In this document: positions 30,168 to 38,700 of the stretch, piece after piece | How the letters are laid out: each line of letters starts with the position of its first letter | Numbering within the stretch: the first letter of the stretch is position 1 | Assembly (NCBI GenBank): GCA_934432725.1 | Contig: CAKRZE010000013.1 | Span: 6,085 to 70,084 of the forward strand | Length of the DNA stretch: 64,000 bases | Reading direction: 5' to 3' | From: an uncultured Eubacteriales bacterium | Lineage (GTDB): Bacteria > Bacillota > Clostridia > Oscillospirales > CAG-272 | Made by a program: the position numbers and the translations under genes | The notes under the pieces: model-generated | What the model was told of the DNA's origin: nothing | What the model saw: only the letters and a program-made list of their open reading frames with translations | Database searches by the model: none

Positions 30168-31222
30168 AATATACTCCTTATCTCGCCGCAAGGTATTGTC
30201 TGCCGAAGCGCCTTTTGAAGCCACCGGAGGAATTCAATCGCATCCGGCTCTATTCCCGTGCAGTAATTTTCCTGCAGCCATTTTCTATATTTTCCTCTGC
30301 TGTTTATGCTCAATTTGTTGATGAATTCAAGCGCGTGGTCTGTTCTGCCCATTCGGATGAACTGCTGAATTGCGTACACGTTCGCGCCGTTCATGCCCTC
30401 TGTGTTCACGTTCTCCGGATTCCGTGTGCAAACTCTGATCTGCTGTATCAGGTCGAATATTTCCTTGACATACCGATCGAACAGCATCGGCGGGAATTCA
30501 TCTGCCAGAAGATACCCGCATTTTGAAAAGCTGAACTCCACGCGCGTCACGCCTTTGTATTGTTCTGCCTCCGGTGTGTTCTGCCGTTCCTTCTCTTTGT
30601 CGTATACCTTCACTCTTCCGTGCTGGCTTTTGGGGCGGAGGTATTTGGTATCATCTCCGGCAACCGTGCCCCATTTCATCACCTGTGTCTGTGCCGGTGC
30701 ATCGAATACCACGGAATCCACTGTGATCTGATTGTAATTGCTGTCTGTTCCTCTAAGGTCATACGCGAGGTCAAATGAGGTTATTTCCGTGACTACCGCT
30801 TCATTGGCTGCGAGAAACTGTCGGATTACGTCCGGGACGGTTTGCTTGTTCGGATTGTATTCCAGCCACCATTCATAGGCGTTGTATGTGCCGTTCGGCT
30901 GGTACTGTCCACCGGCAAAGAATACGGAGTTTTCCTCTCCTTCCGTGTGGATCGTGAGCATATAGCGGTATGTGCCGATCTTGCCGCCGAGGTTTTGGTA
31001 TTCCTTGATGCTCTGTGTCTGTGTGAGAAGCTCCGAGAAGATGCCTGTATCAAATCTGTCTCCTGTCATTTTGAGCTGTTCTTTGAGTTTGTCTTTTCTG
31101 ATCTCTCTTCCGGTTTTGTATCTGTCCTCTGTCACATCCTTTTTCTCTATTCCGTATTGTTTCAGCTTGTACTTGATCTTGATCTTGTCAATGCTTTTTG
31201 AGATAGTGAAAAAGTGATTCAT
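30164..31222 (-). CDS. rolling-circle replication initiation protein (Rep_trans-like)
   Basis: 352 aa. The central HGRVKVYDKEKE...VTRVEFSF resembles the RxYDK motif of replication-initiation-factor (PF02486-type) proteins of phages, plasmids and integrative elements. Confidence 0.7.
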   Translation of the reverse strand: MNHFFTISKSIDKIKIKYKLKQYGIEKKDVTEDRYKTGREIRKDKLKEQLKMTGDRFDTGIFSELLTQTQSIKEYQNLGGKIGTYRYMLTIHTEGEENSVFFAGGQYQPNGTYNAYEWWLEYNPNKQTVPDVIRQFLAANEAVVTEITSFDLAYDLRGTDSNYNQITVDSVVFDAPAQTQVMKWGTVAGDDTKYLRPKSQHGRVKVYDKEKERQNTPEAEQYKGVTRVEFSFSKCGYLLADEFPPMLFDRYVKEIFDLIQQIRVCTRNPENVNTEGMNGANVYAIQQFIRMGRTDHALEFINKLSINSRGKYRKWLQENYCTGIEPDAIEFLRWLQKALRQTIPCGEIRSIL

Positions 31223-31236
31223 ATCATTTTTGTGAG

Positions 31237-31317
31237 GAAATCTGCCTTATTATAAGAAGGGCAGATTTCTTTTCTGCCTTTCCGCTCCCCCTGTCGCCCA
31301 TGAAGGACGACAGGGGG
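31237..31317. other. two 10-bp-stem hairpins between rep and the upstream gene (candidate terminator and/or nick-site region)
   Basis: GAAATCTGCC..GGCAGATTTC (31237-31269) and CCCCCTGTCG..CGACAGGGGG (31287-31317). Both are conserved in copy 2 at 34601-34681. Confidence 0.5.
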
Positions 31318-31325
31318 AAGCGTCA

Positions 31326-31673
31326 TCAACACCCCCAGTAACCCATATCGGATAGCAGTGCAATATTTGCCTGCAATTCTTCCAAATCTGCATCATATGC
31401 TAAATGCATCATCTTATCAGTTTTTTGCAATTCTTCTACAGCTTCATCCATGCGATTCAACAGCAAATCAAAGCACCGGGAAAAATACTGATTTGTGTCT
31501 TTATACATCGGACAAGTGTCATCATGTATATCTTCGGAAGTGCGTAACTCAAATTTCAAAGTCAAGAAGCGGGTCACGTCATTGTAAATCCGATCCACCG
31601 CATTCCGAAAATACCGCCTCCGTAATTTTTCCGTTTCCTGTTCTTCTGTCATTACTATTTTTTCGTTTTCCAT
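31326..31673 (-). CDS. hypothetical protein (115 aa)
   Basis: MENEKIVMTEEQETEKLRRRYFRNAVDRIYNDV... AGGAG lies upstream of the ATG at 31673. The longer track ORF N-terminus looks non-coding. Confidence 0.55.
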   Translation of the reverse strand: MENEKIVMTEEQETEKLRRRYFRNAVDRIYNDVTRFLTLKFELRTSEDIHDDTCPMYKDTNQYFSRCFDLLLNRMDEAVEELQKTDKMMHLAYDADLEELQANIALLSDMGYWGC

Positions 31674-31701
31674 TTTGTGCATCTCCTTTTTAAATAACAT
31701 C

Positions 31702-31923
31702 GCCTGCGGGCGGGAGCGGCTTGCGCCGTTGTTGATACGGCGAGCATGCAGCATCAGCGGGAACGGACGAAAGCGCCCGGAACATTGCAAGCAAAAAACG
31801 TTCGTTCAATCTGGCGCAGTGCACTCCGCCGAGGTGTAGTTTGCGATCCAGCCTGCGGGCTGGGTTCATCGTCTGCAATTCGGTCTACACAGCCTGCGGG
31901 CTGGGGGTTCGCCTGCGGGCGGG
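31702..31923. repeat. four direct copies of a 13-nt iteron-like motif GCCTGCGGGC(G/T)GG
   Basis: Copies at 31702, 31851, 31892 and 31911, in a GC-rich non-coding stretch of about 280 bp. Confidence 0.6.
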
Positions 31924-31953
31924 AATCCGCGCCCGGCGCGGGGCTGTGCGGGC

Positions 31954-32667
31954 TTACACCCGCACAAGCTTTTCTCCACAGTCTCCGCAAATGACGTTCA
32001 CGTCTTTTGTGGCTCTTACGGACATACGGCACACCGGGCATTGATATTTCCGTGTGCTGCTGGGCTTTTTGACCCGTGTCGCCGGAGATTTGTCCGAATC
32101 GCCTGTATTCTTGTCCGAGCCTCCCTTGCCGACAATTCCACGGAAGCCCATGAGCAGATCAATGTCACGATTCAGCTTGATTTCAGAAAGGTCATTGTCA
32201 AGGCAGAACTGAACGAGCGAATCGGACGGGGCTGTGACCGTCCAACCGTATTTTTCATGGCAGTCAATGAGCAGATCACGCTTTTCCGCTTCTTCCTTGA
32301 ACCGCTTATTGTGATACGTGCCGTTCCGGCTTGTGTCCTTGATGTCATGATCTGCGCAATACTGATGCACCATTTCATGGAGCATGGTAGCAACCACGTC
32401 TTCTATCGAACGAGAAAGCGTTCCTGCACCGAGGTTCAATTCTTTCGTTGCGTCTTCTCCGCGTTTCCAGAAATTGCATGTGCTGATATGCCCGTATGCG
32501 CCGGGAGTGGACTGTACTGTGATAACGGGCGTTGTAAGTGCATTTTCAAAATACCGTTCGTTCAACAGTCTGTATATCTTCTCTAAGTATCCGCACGTGC
32601 GGGACATCTTGACCAACTCTTTCATTTTTCCCTTGACTTCCTTTCCGTTTTGTGTTACTATTTTCAT
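31954..32667 (-). CDS. SprT-like zinc metallopeptidase with C-terminal zinc ribbon
   Basis: MLHEMVHQY (HExxH) in an SprT-like context, and a C-terminal CPVC...CGDC. Confidence 0.7.
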   Translation of the reverse strand: MKIVTQNGKEVKGKMKELVKMSRTCGYLEKIYRLLNERYFENALTTPVITVQSTPGAYGHISTCNFWKRGEDATKELNLGAGTLSRSIEDVVATMLHEMVHQYCADHDIKDTSRNGTYHNKRFKEEAEKRDLLIDCHEKYGWTVTAPSDSLVQFCLDNDLSEIKLNRDIDLLMGFRGIVGKGGSDKNTGDSDKSPATRVKKPSSTRKYQCPVCRMSVRATKDVNVICGDCGEKLVRV

Positions 32668-32705
32668 TGTTAGAGGGGAGCTTTTCTCCCCTCTGGCTTA
32701 CCGCA

Positions 32706-32861
32706 TTACTGCGGTTTGTTCTGAAGCTCAAGACACTTTTCAATCCGTTCAATCATGATTTCAATTGTGTCGGCTTCTTTGGGCGTTGCCCTGTTTCGCT
32801 GAAACGTTCGCAGCGCTTCCAGCAGAAGCAGGGCTTCTTTTACACTGGTGAACAATCGCAT
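32706..32861 (-). CDS. small hypothetical protein (51 aa)
   Basis: MRLFTSVKEALLLLEALRTFQRNRATPKEADTIEIMIERIEK... GGGGG lies 8-9 nt upstream of the ATG at 32861. Confidence 0.4.
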   Translation of the reverse strand: MRLFTSVKEALLLLEALRTFQRNRATPKEADTIEIMIERIEKCLELQNKPQ

Positions 32862-32895
32862 GTTTCTTTCCCCCTTTCTGATATTATTATAGCAC

Positions 32896-32966
32896 ATAGT
32901 GCACTATTTGTAAATTCGCATATTCAACAAATAAATAGTGCACTATTTATACAAAATGTGCACTTT
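32896..32966. promoter_or_regulatory. three GTGCAC-centred palindromic operator-like sites in a divergent promoter region
   Basis: ATAGTGCACTAT (32896-32909), the 16-bp perfect palindrome AAATAGTGCACTATTT (32933-32948), and ATGTGCACTTT (32956-32966). Confidence 0.5.
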
Positions 32967-32981
32967 GCAGGAGGTTTCTTT

Positions 32982-33170
32982 ATGAGCGAATATGAGGGTT
33001 ACACAGAGGCGCGGAAAAATGCCGCCATGAAATATCAAAGTGAAAATTTGGAGCAAATTAGGCTATGGGTAAAGAAGGAGAAAAAAGCGGAGTACAAAGC
33101 CAAAGCCGCCGCTAAGGGAAAAAGCCTTCGCGCCTATATCATTGATCTGATCGAGAATGACGCGCCGTAA
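32982..33170 (+). CDS. ribbon-helix-helix (CopG/Arc-like) DNA-binding protein
   Basis: 62 aa; ...LEQIRLWVKKEKKAEYKAKAAAKGKSLRAYIIDLIEND. AGGAGG lies 8 nt upstream. The stop is 2 nt before the att core. Confidence 0.55.
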   Translation: MSEYEGYTEARKNAAMKYQSENLEQIRLWVKKEKKAEYKAKAAAKGKSLRAYIIDLIENDAP

Positions 33171-33172
33171 GT

Positions 33173-33235
33173 CTGGAAATCGTGTAACGGCTAATACCCG
33201 TTCAAGAGTTCGAATCTCTTTCTCTCCGCCACAAC
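33173..33235 (+). repeat. att core, copy 2 (partial tRNA-Ser 3' half)
   Basis: CTGGAAATCGTG...CTCTCCGCCACAAC is identical to 28765-28827. It lacks the tRNA 5' half. Confidence 0.85.
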
Positions 33236-33282
33236 TTAGCAGGAAGGAACGGCTTTCACCGTTCCTTTTTGTGTCTGTCATA

Positions 33283-33531
33283 TCATAGTCCACCCAGCTT
33301 CAGCAACAGTATTCCAATCAGCAGATAAATTTCGCCGATAGTCAGGGCAATGAAAAAAAGCTTTATCTGCTCATTGACTGCCATGAAAAATACGGTTGGA
33401 CGGTCACAGCCGCCGAGGGAGGGAAGCACATGCAATTTCATGTTTGTCATGTATCCTTCTGCCGTTGTCGGTCGTAACCGTGTTTCTATGTAGCCTTTCC
33501 GGAATGCGTCATATGCTGTTTGCAATGTCAT
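33283..33531 (-). pseudogene. integrase remnant fused in frame to filler DNA and the tail of the small TM ORF
   Basis: The first roughly 40 codons of int (from MTLQTAYDAF) are followed by RPTVFFMAVNEQ and then IKLFFIALTIGEIYLLIGILLLKLGGL. Confidence 0.7.
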
Positions 33532-34586
33532 AATATACTCCTTATCTCGCCGCAAGGTATTGTCTGCCGAAGCGCCTTTTGAAGCCACCGGAGGAATTCA
33601 ATCGCATCCGGCTCTATTCCCGTGCAGTAATTTTCCTGCAGCCATTTTCTATATTTTCCTCTGCTGTTTATGCTCAATTTGTTGATGAATTCAAGCGCGT
33701 GGTCTGTTCTGCCCATTCGGATGAACTGCTGAATTGCGTACACGTTCGCGCCGTTCATGCCCTCTGTGTTCACGTTCTCCGGATTCCGTGTGCAAACTCT
33801 GATCTGCTGTATCAGGTCGAATATTTCCTTGACATACCGATCGAACAGCATCGGCGGGAATTCATCTGCCAGAAGATACCCGCATTTTGAAAAGCTGAAC
33901 TCCACGCGCGTCACACCCTTATATTGCTCTGCCTCCGGTGTGTTCTGCCGTTCCTTCTCTTTGTCGTATACCTTCACTCTGCCGTGTTGGCTTTTAGGGC
34001 GGAGGTATTTGGTATCATCTCCGGCAACCGTGCCCCATTTCATCACCTGTGTCTGTGCCGGTGCATCGAACACCACGGAATCCACTGTGATCTGATTGTA
34101 ATTGCTGTCCGTTCCTCTAAGATCATACGCGAGGTCAAATGAGGTTATTTCCGTGACTACCGCTTCATTGGCTGCGAGAAACTGCCGGATTACGTCCGGA
34201 ACGGTCTGTTTATTCGGATTGTATTCCAGCCACCATTCATAGGCGTTGTATGTGCCGTTCGGTTGGTACTGTCCACCGGCAAAGAATACGGAGTTTTCCT
34301 CTCCTTCCGTGTGAATCGTGAGCATGTAACGGTATGTGCCGATCTTGCCGCCGAGATTTTGGTATTCCTTGATGCTCTGTGTCTGTGTGAGAAGCTCCGA
34401 GAAAATACCCGTGTCGAATCTGTCTCCTGTCATTTTGAGCTGTTCTTTGAGTTTGTCTTTTCTGATCTCTCTTCCGGTTTTGTATCTGTCCTCTGTCACA
34501 TCCTTTTTCTCTATTCCGTATTGTTTCAGCTTGTACTTGATCTTGATCTTGTCAATGCTTTTTGAGATAGTGAAAAAGTGATTCAT
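33528..34586 (-). CDS. rolling-circle replication initiation protein, copy 2
   Basis: The translation is identical over 352 aa to the 30164..31222 product, although the DNA differs. Confidence 0.7.
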   Translation of the reverse strand: MNHFFTISKSIDKIKIKYKLKQYGIEKKDVTEDRYKTGREIRKDKLKEQLKMTGDRFDTGIFSELLTQTQSIKEYQNLGGKIGTYRYMLTIHTEGEENSVFFAGGQYQPNGTYNAYEWWLEYNPNKQTVPDVIRQFLAANEAVVTEITSFDLAYDLRGTDSNYNQITVDSVVFDAPAQTQVMKWGTVAGDDTKYLRPKSQHGRVKVYDKEKERQNTPEAEQYKGVTRVEFSFSKCGYLLADEFPPMLFDRYVKEIFDLIQQIRVCTRNPENVNTEGMNGANVYAIQQFIRMGRTDHALEFINKLSINSRGKYRKWLQENYCTGIEPDAIEFLRWLQKALRQTIPCGEIRSIL

Positions 34587-34686
34587 ACCATTTTTGGGAG
34601 GAAATCTGCCTTATTATAAGAAGGGCAGATTTCTTTTCTGCCTTTCCGCTCCCCCTGTCGCCCATAAAGGACGACAGGGGGAAGCG

Positions 34687-34860
34687 TCATCTGTCCTGCA
34701 TCTTCCGATACAGATACCCCCGGTATTGCTTCCGGTCTTTCGTATACTGCTTCTTTTCCTCCGGTGTGCTTTGGAGCTCTATCAGGTAGCGGGACTTCAT
34801 GCCATCGAATTCCGCATAGGGGGAAGCGCCTGCCTCATAGATGATGCTGTACGCCCGGCT
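34687..34860 (-). pseudogene. 5'-truncated gene of unknown function
   Basis: Protein-like C-terminus ...AYSIIYEAGASPYAEFDGMKSRYLIELQSTPEEKKQYTKDRKQYRGYLYRKMQDR. The upstream part is cut off at the junction with AT-richer DNA. Confidence 0.4.
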
Positions 34861-34861
34861 G

Positions 34862-35248
34862 TCAAATGTTGATCTTGAACAGATGACGTTGAAAGGCGGT
34901 ATCAAAACCAAAGCCGGTAAAGATAGAATTGTTCCAATTCATCCACGAATTCAGAAGTTTGTTAAGCAGCGAATGACCGAAACCGGAAAGTATTTATTTT
35001 CATACAACGGAAAGAAACTTTCTACAAGTCAATATTATATCTTTTGGAATCGTGTTATGGATGAACTTAAAATACACCATACACCGCACGAATGCCGACA
35101 CACTTTCCGGTCAAGATTGGATTCAGCCGGTGCAAATAAGGTCTGTATCGACCTGATGATGGGGCATAAATCAAAGGAAGTTGGTGAAAGAGTTTACACC
35201 CATAAAACTATTGAAGAATTGAAAAATGCCTTAAACCTTGTAAAATAG
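34862..35248 (+). pseudogene. 3' fragment of a second, unrelated tyrosine integrase
   Basis: ...KTKAGKDRIVPIHP...HTPHECRHTFRSRL...LMMGHKSKEVGERVYTHK retains HxxR/H/Y but lacks the N-terminal half and the first catalytic Arg. Its GC is lower than that of neighbouring DNA. Confidence 0.75.
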
Positions 35249-35274
35249 CAAGTAACAGGTTAGTAACAAGAAAA

Positions 35275-35314
35275 AGCGGAAACCCTCTAAAATCAAGGGT
35301 TTCCGCTTATCTTT
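35275..35314 (+). terminator. rho-independent terminator
   Basis: 12-bp stem AGCGGAAACCCT/AGGGTTTCCGCT followed by TATCTTT. Confidence 0.6.
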
Positions 35315-35668
35315 GAAATGTTATACCACAGATCTGTCCGGTTTTCAACCACTCTTGCGTGAACCAATGCTGCACGGTGCAGTTATTGCAATCGCTGATT
35401 ACAGGCTGAGATCTGTGCGGGCTGCACGAGCTTCGACAAAGCGGACACGATACACGATTGGATTTTGGATGAACCGGAAACCGAACGCGTTGTCAGACAT
35501 GCTCCTGACCTTGCAGTATTCAGCCGCCGGAGCCAATATCGGAGGGGATGTAAGAACGCAAAACGAGTTTTTTCACTCCATTGTCTTTCGTCTATACGCC
35601 GGATGGCCGGCACTATGTATCACAGCATGCCATAAACCGGAAAAATAAACAAAAAAGTGAGGAATTCT

Positions 35669-35697
35669 ATTGACAAATTTATTTATTTAAATTATTA
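35669..35697 (+). promoter_or_regulatory. candidate promoter of the toxin gene
   Basis: TTGACA, a 17-nt spacer, then TATTAT in an AT-rich tract about 90 nt upstream of the 35788 ATG. Confidence 0.4.
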
Positions 35698-35787
35698 TAT
35701 AATTGGAACACACGGAAGATATTGGATGTCTTGAAAAATGAATTCAGCATAGGAAAAAATCGATTTAAGAGAAAGGATGAAAAGAGC

Positions 35788-38700
35788 ATGAATCTGCCAA
35801 AAAAGCTGACAGCGGCAGTTCTGTCGGTCGTTATACTGATGTGTGCGCTGTTCTCCGGCACGGTATCTGCGGTTTCGGGACCGGAAATGCGGGACTCCGC
35901 GGGGACAGCTGTCAAAGGTGCCACGTACACGGACAGGATTATTTCAAACGAGAGAATTGCGGAAACCGGATCTTATGAAAGCATGCTTGAAGGCTGTTCC
36001 ATTCTCCGGTATGTTGAGGAAGACCGCTTTGCGGCATCTGACCCCATATATCGGCTGGAGGAGCTGGAGGACCTCAATTCCTATGTGTTCCAGAATCGGG
36101 ACGGCTCACGGACCGTGTATTTTATGGATGAAGCCACAAAATACACGAAAAACGGAAGGGTCGTGGAAAAAGATATCAGTTTGATTTCCGACAGGGAGGG
36201 ATATTATACCAGATCCAACAATGTCTCGCTGTCTCTTTCCAGGGATGCGCTTTCCGGCGTGTCGCTCGGTCGGGATGACGAGGAAATTACACTGATCCCG
36301 AACGGCACCAATCCGGATTATGCTACGGTCCGGAACGATGACGACACTGTCACCTACAAAAATATTTACGGTGACGGAATCGACGTGAAATATTCTCCGA
36401 CTCTCTCCGGGGTCAAGGAGGATATCATTCTTGCTTCCTATACCGGCATGCATTCGTTTTCCTTTACACTGGAAACGAAGGGCAAGCAGGTTTTCTGTGA
36501 CGGCGGACGGTATTATGTCGCGGAATCGGCAGACGCCGTGCTGAAATTCGATCTGGGAGACATTGTGGCGTTCGACGCGACCGGGATGCCCTGCAAGGGC
36601 AGTCTTGCCGTGGAGGAGCTTCAGGGCGGAGAGCGCTATCTTGTGACGGTCAGCGTTCCGGAAGAGTTTCTTGCGGCGGAGAGCACGGTGTATCCGGTGA
36701 CGATCGATCCGACTCTTCAGGTTTCTGATAACACTTCTTCAGGCTCCATTCTGGACTGCCCGGTATTTTCCGGCTATCCGAACAACAACCACGGCAACTA
36801 TATTTATCTGTCCGCAGGGTATGTGGATTCCTCTTTCCTTGTCGGCAGAATTCAGGTCAAGCTGCCGGGGCTGTACAACAGCCAGATTTATTCTTCTCTG
36901 AATGCGGGCGATATTACCTCCGTGACCTTTCATTGCTATGACGATTCCGGAAATACCGCCGCATATCTCAATCTGTATCCGAATACCTCCAATGCGTCAT
37001 GGACCGAAAGCAATCTCACCTGGAACAATAAGAGCACGTATACCACCTCGGTGAATTACGGCGCATCGGTCGGTCCGGCATGCTGGACAACGTTCAATAT
37101 TACAAACCTTGTAAAAGCGTGGAAAAACGGAACCTATACGGCAGCGGCGGGATTTACGCTGAAGAATAACAACGAGAGCTCTGCCGCGTATCGCAAGGCG
37201 ATCTTTTCCTCGGAGTACAGCGGAACAACCTACCGTCCGTATGTCTCCATGACGTACAATCCGGGGCTTTCCCTGAATACCGACACCCTGTTCCTCTCCC
37301 CCGGTTCGACCTATACGCTGGTTGCGACCACGCGTCCGTCCGGACAGACCGTGAGCTGGGAAACCACCAATACCTCAAATGTGACGGTTACGCAGTCGGG
37401 CGTTGTGAAGGGCGTGCGCGGCGGCGGAACTGCGACCGTGATTGCAACGTATATTGATTCAAGCGGAACGCGGCACACCGCAAAATGCGCTGTGTTTGTT
37501 ACGTATCCGGAAGGCGTTTATAAAATCAAAAATGTCAAGACAAATTATGTGCTGGACGTTCAGAACAACGGAGTGAACGGCTCCCCGTCCGTGCTGCAAT
37601 TCACCTCCGGCAGCGGTGTTACTTTCCTGAATCAGATGTGGAAGGTAAAATATTTGTCGGAAGGGTGGTACAGCGTCCGTCCCATGCATAATCTGGTAAT
37701 GGGACTGAGTGCTGCCGAAAGCAGCTATGCTCTGGCGAGCAGCATCGGCTTCACCGATACGTCCGCTTCGATCGCGGACCGCGCGGAGTGGCGGATCACC
37801 TGCCAGTCGTCGGGAAATCAGATCAAGCTGCTGAACAGAGGCAGCCAACAGTATCTTACCCTGACGGATGATACGGTATCCTCCGATAACCGCGTCGTCA
37901 CCGCTGCCGACAATTCGGCTTTGCGCACGCGCTGGCTGTTTGAGGCAGTGGAATCGGTTCCGCAGGGCGTGCGGATTTATGAGACCTCCAGCGCCGGAGT
38001 GTTCTCACAGACGGCGGCAAGCCGGCGCTATGCATCGCCCGGCACCACAAGAGGGCATGCGTGGCTGCGTCTGAAGGTGGTTGCGTTCAGCGCGGCAGTG
38101 AACACGTATTCCTCGCAGCAGTGGACCTCATCCAATACGTCTGTTGCGACAGTCAATTCCAGCGGCAGCGTCACAGCTGTCAGCCCCGGTTCGACGACGA
38201 TTACGGGAGTGTTCAGTGTCAACGGAACGAATTATCAGCTTTCCTTCCCGCTGACGGTGACGGAGCTGGAGGACGGTATATACTTCCTGCAAAACAAATT
38301 TTCCGATCTGTATGCCGATATTCCGGACGCATCGATGACGGAGGGGGCGCAGCTTCATCAGTGGACCTTCCACGGAGCAAAGCAGCAGCGGTGGAAATTC
38401 ACGCTGAAATACGATGGATATTATACCATCCGGTCTGTCAATTCCGGCTCTGTGTCATATTATATGGGTGTACAGGGCGATTCGACATCGTATGATGTTG
38501 CGGTCGTTTTGCGGAGTACCGATCTGTCTGACGGTACAAAGTGGACGGTCAGCAAAACGTCAAGCGGGGCATATAAGCTTTCTGCGAAGTCGGGCGGAAC
38601 GGGCAAGGCGCTTGCTGTGGCAACGCTCAATGCCGGTCAAAAAGGCGGGCTTTTGCAGCAAAGGTATTATGTCAATGATGACAACTATAAGGATGAGTGG

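Larger units (their letters stand above)
28765..33235. mobile_element. small integrative element copy 1 (tyrosine integrase + RCR Rep), inserted in the tRNA-Ser 3' end
   Basis: Bounded by the 63-bp direct att repeats. It carries int, rep, an SprT-like gene, an RHH gene and small ORFs. Confidence 0.8.
33173..34860. mobile_element. degraded second tandem copy of the Rep/integrase element
   Basis: 33236-33372 matches 28828-28962 and 33402-34690 matches 30038-31326 (offset 3364). The int body and the right half of the element are missing, and no right-hand att was found. Confidence 0.75.

Noticed and set aside
32982-33170. RHH protein as the antitoxin of a type II toxin-antitoxin pair
   Set aside because: There is no adjacent co-directional toxin ORF, because the gene ends 2 nt before the att core. 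It is more consistent with an element repressor acting on the GTGCAC operators.
35313-35648. 111-aa + ORF between the integrase fragment and the toxin gene
   Set aside because: It has no RBS and an implausible composition. It overlaps an equally poor minus-strand ORF and is probably decayed DNA.
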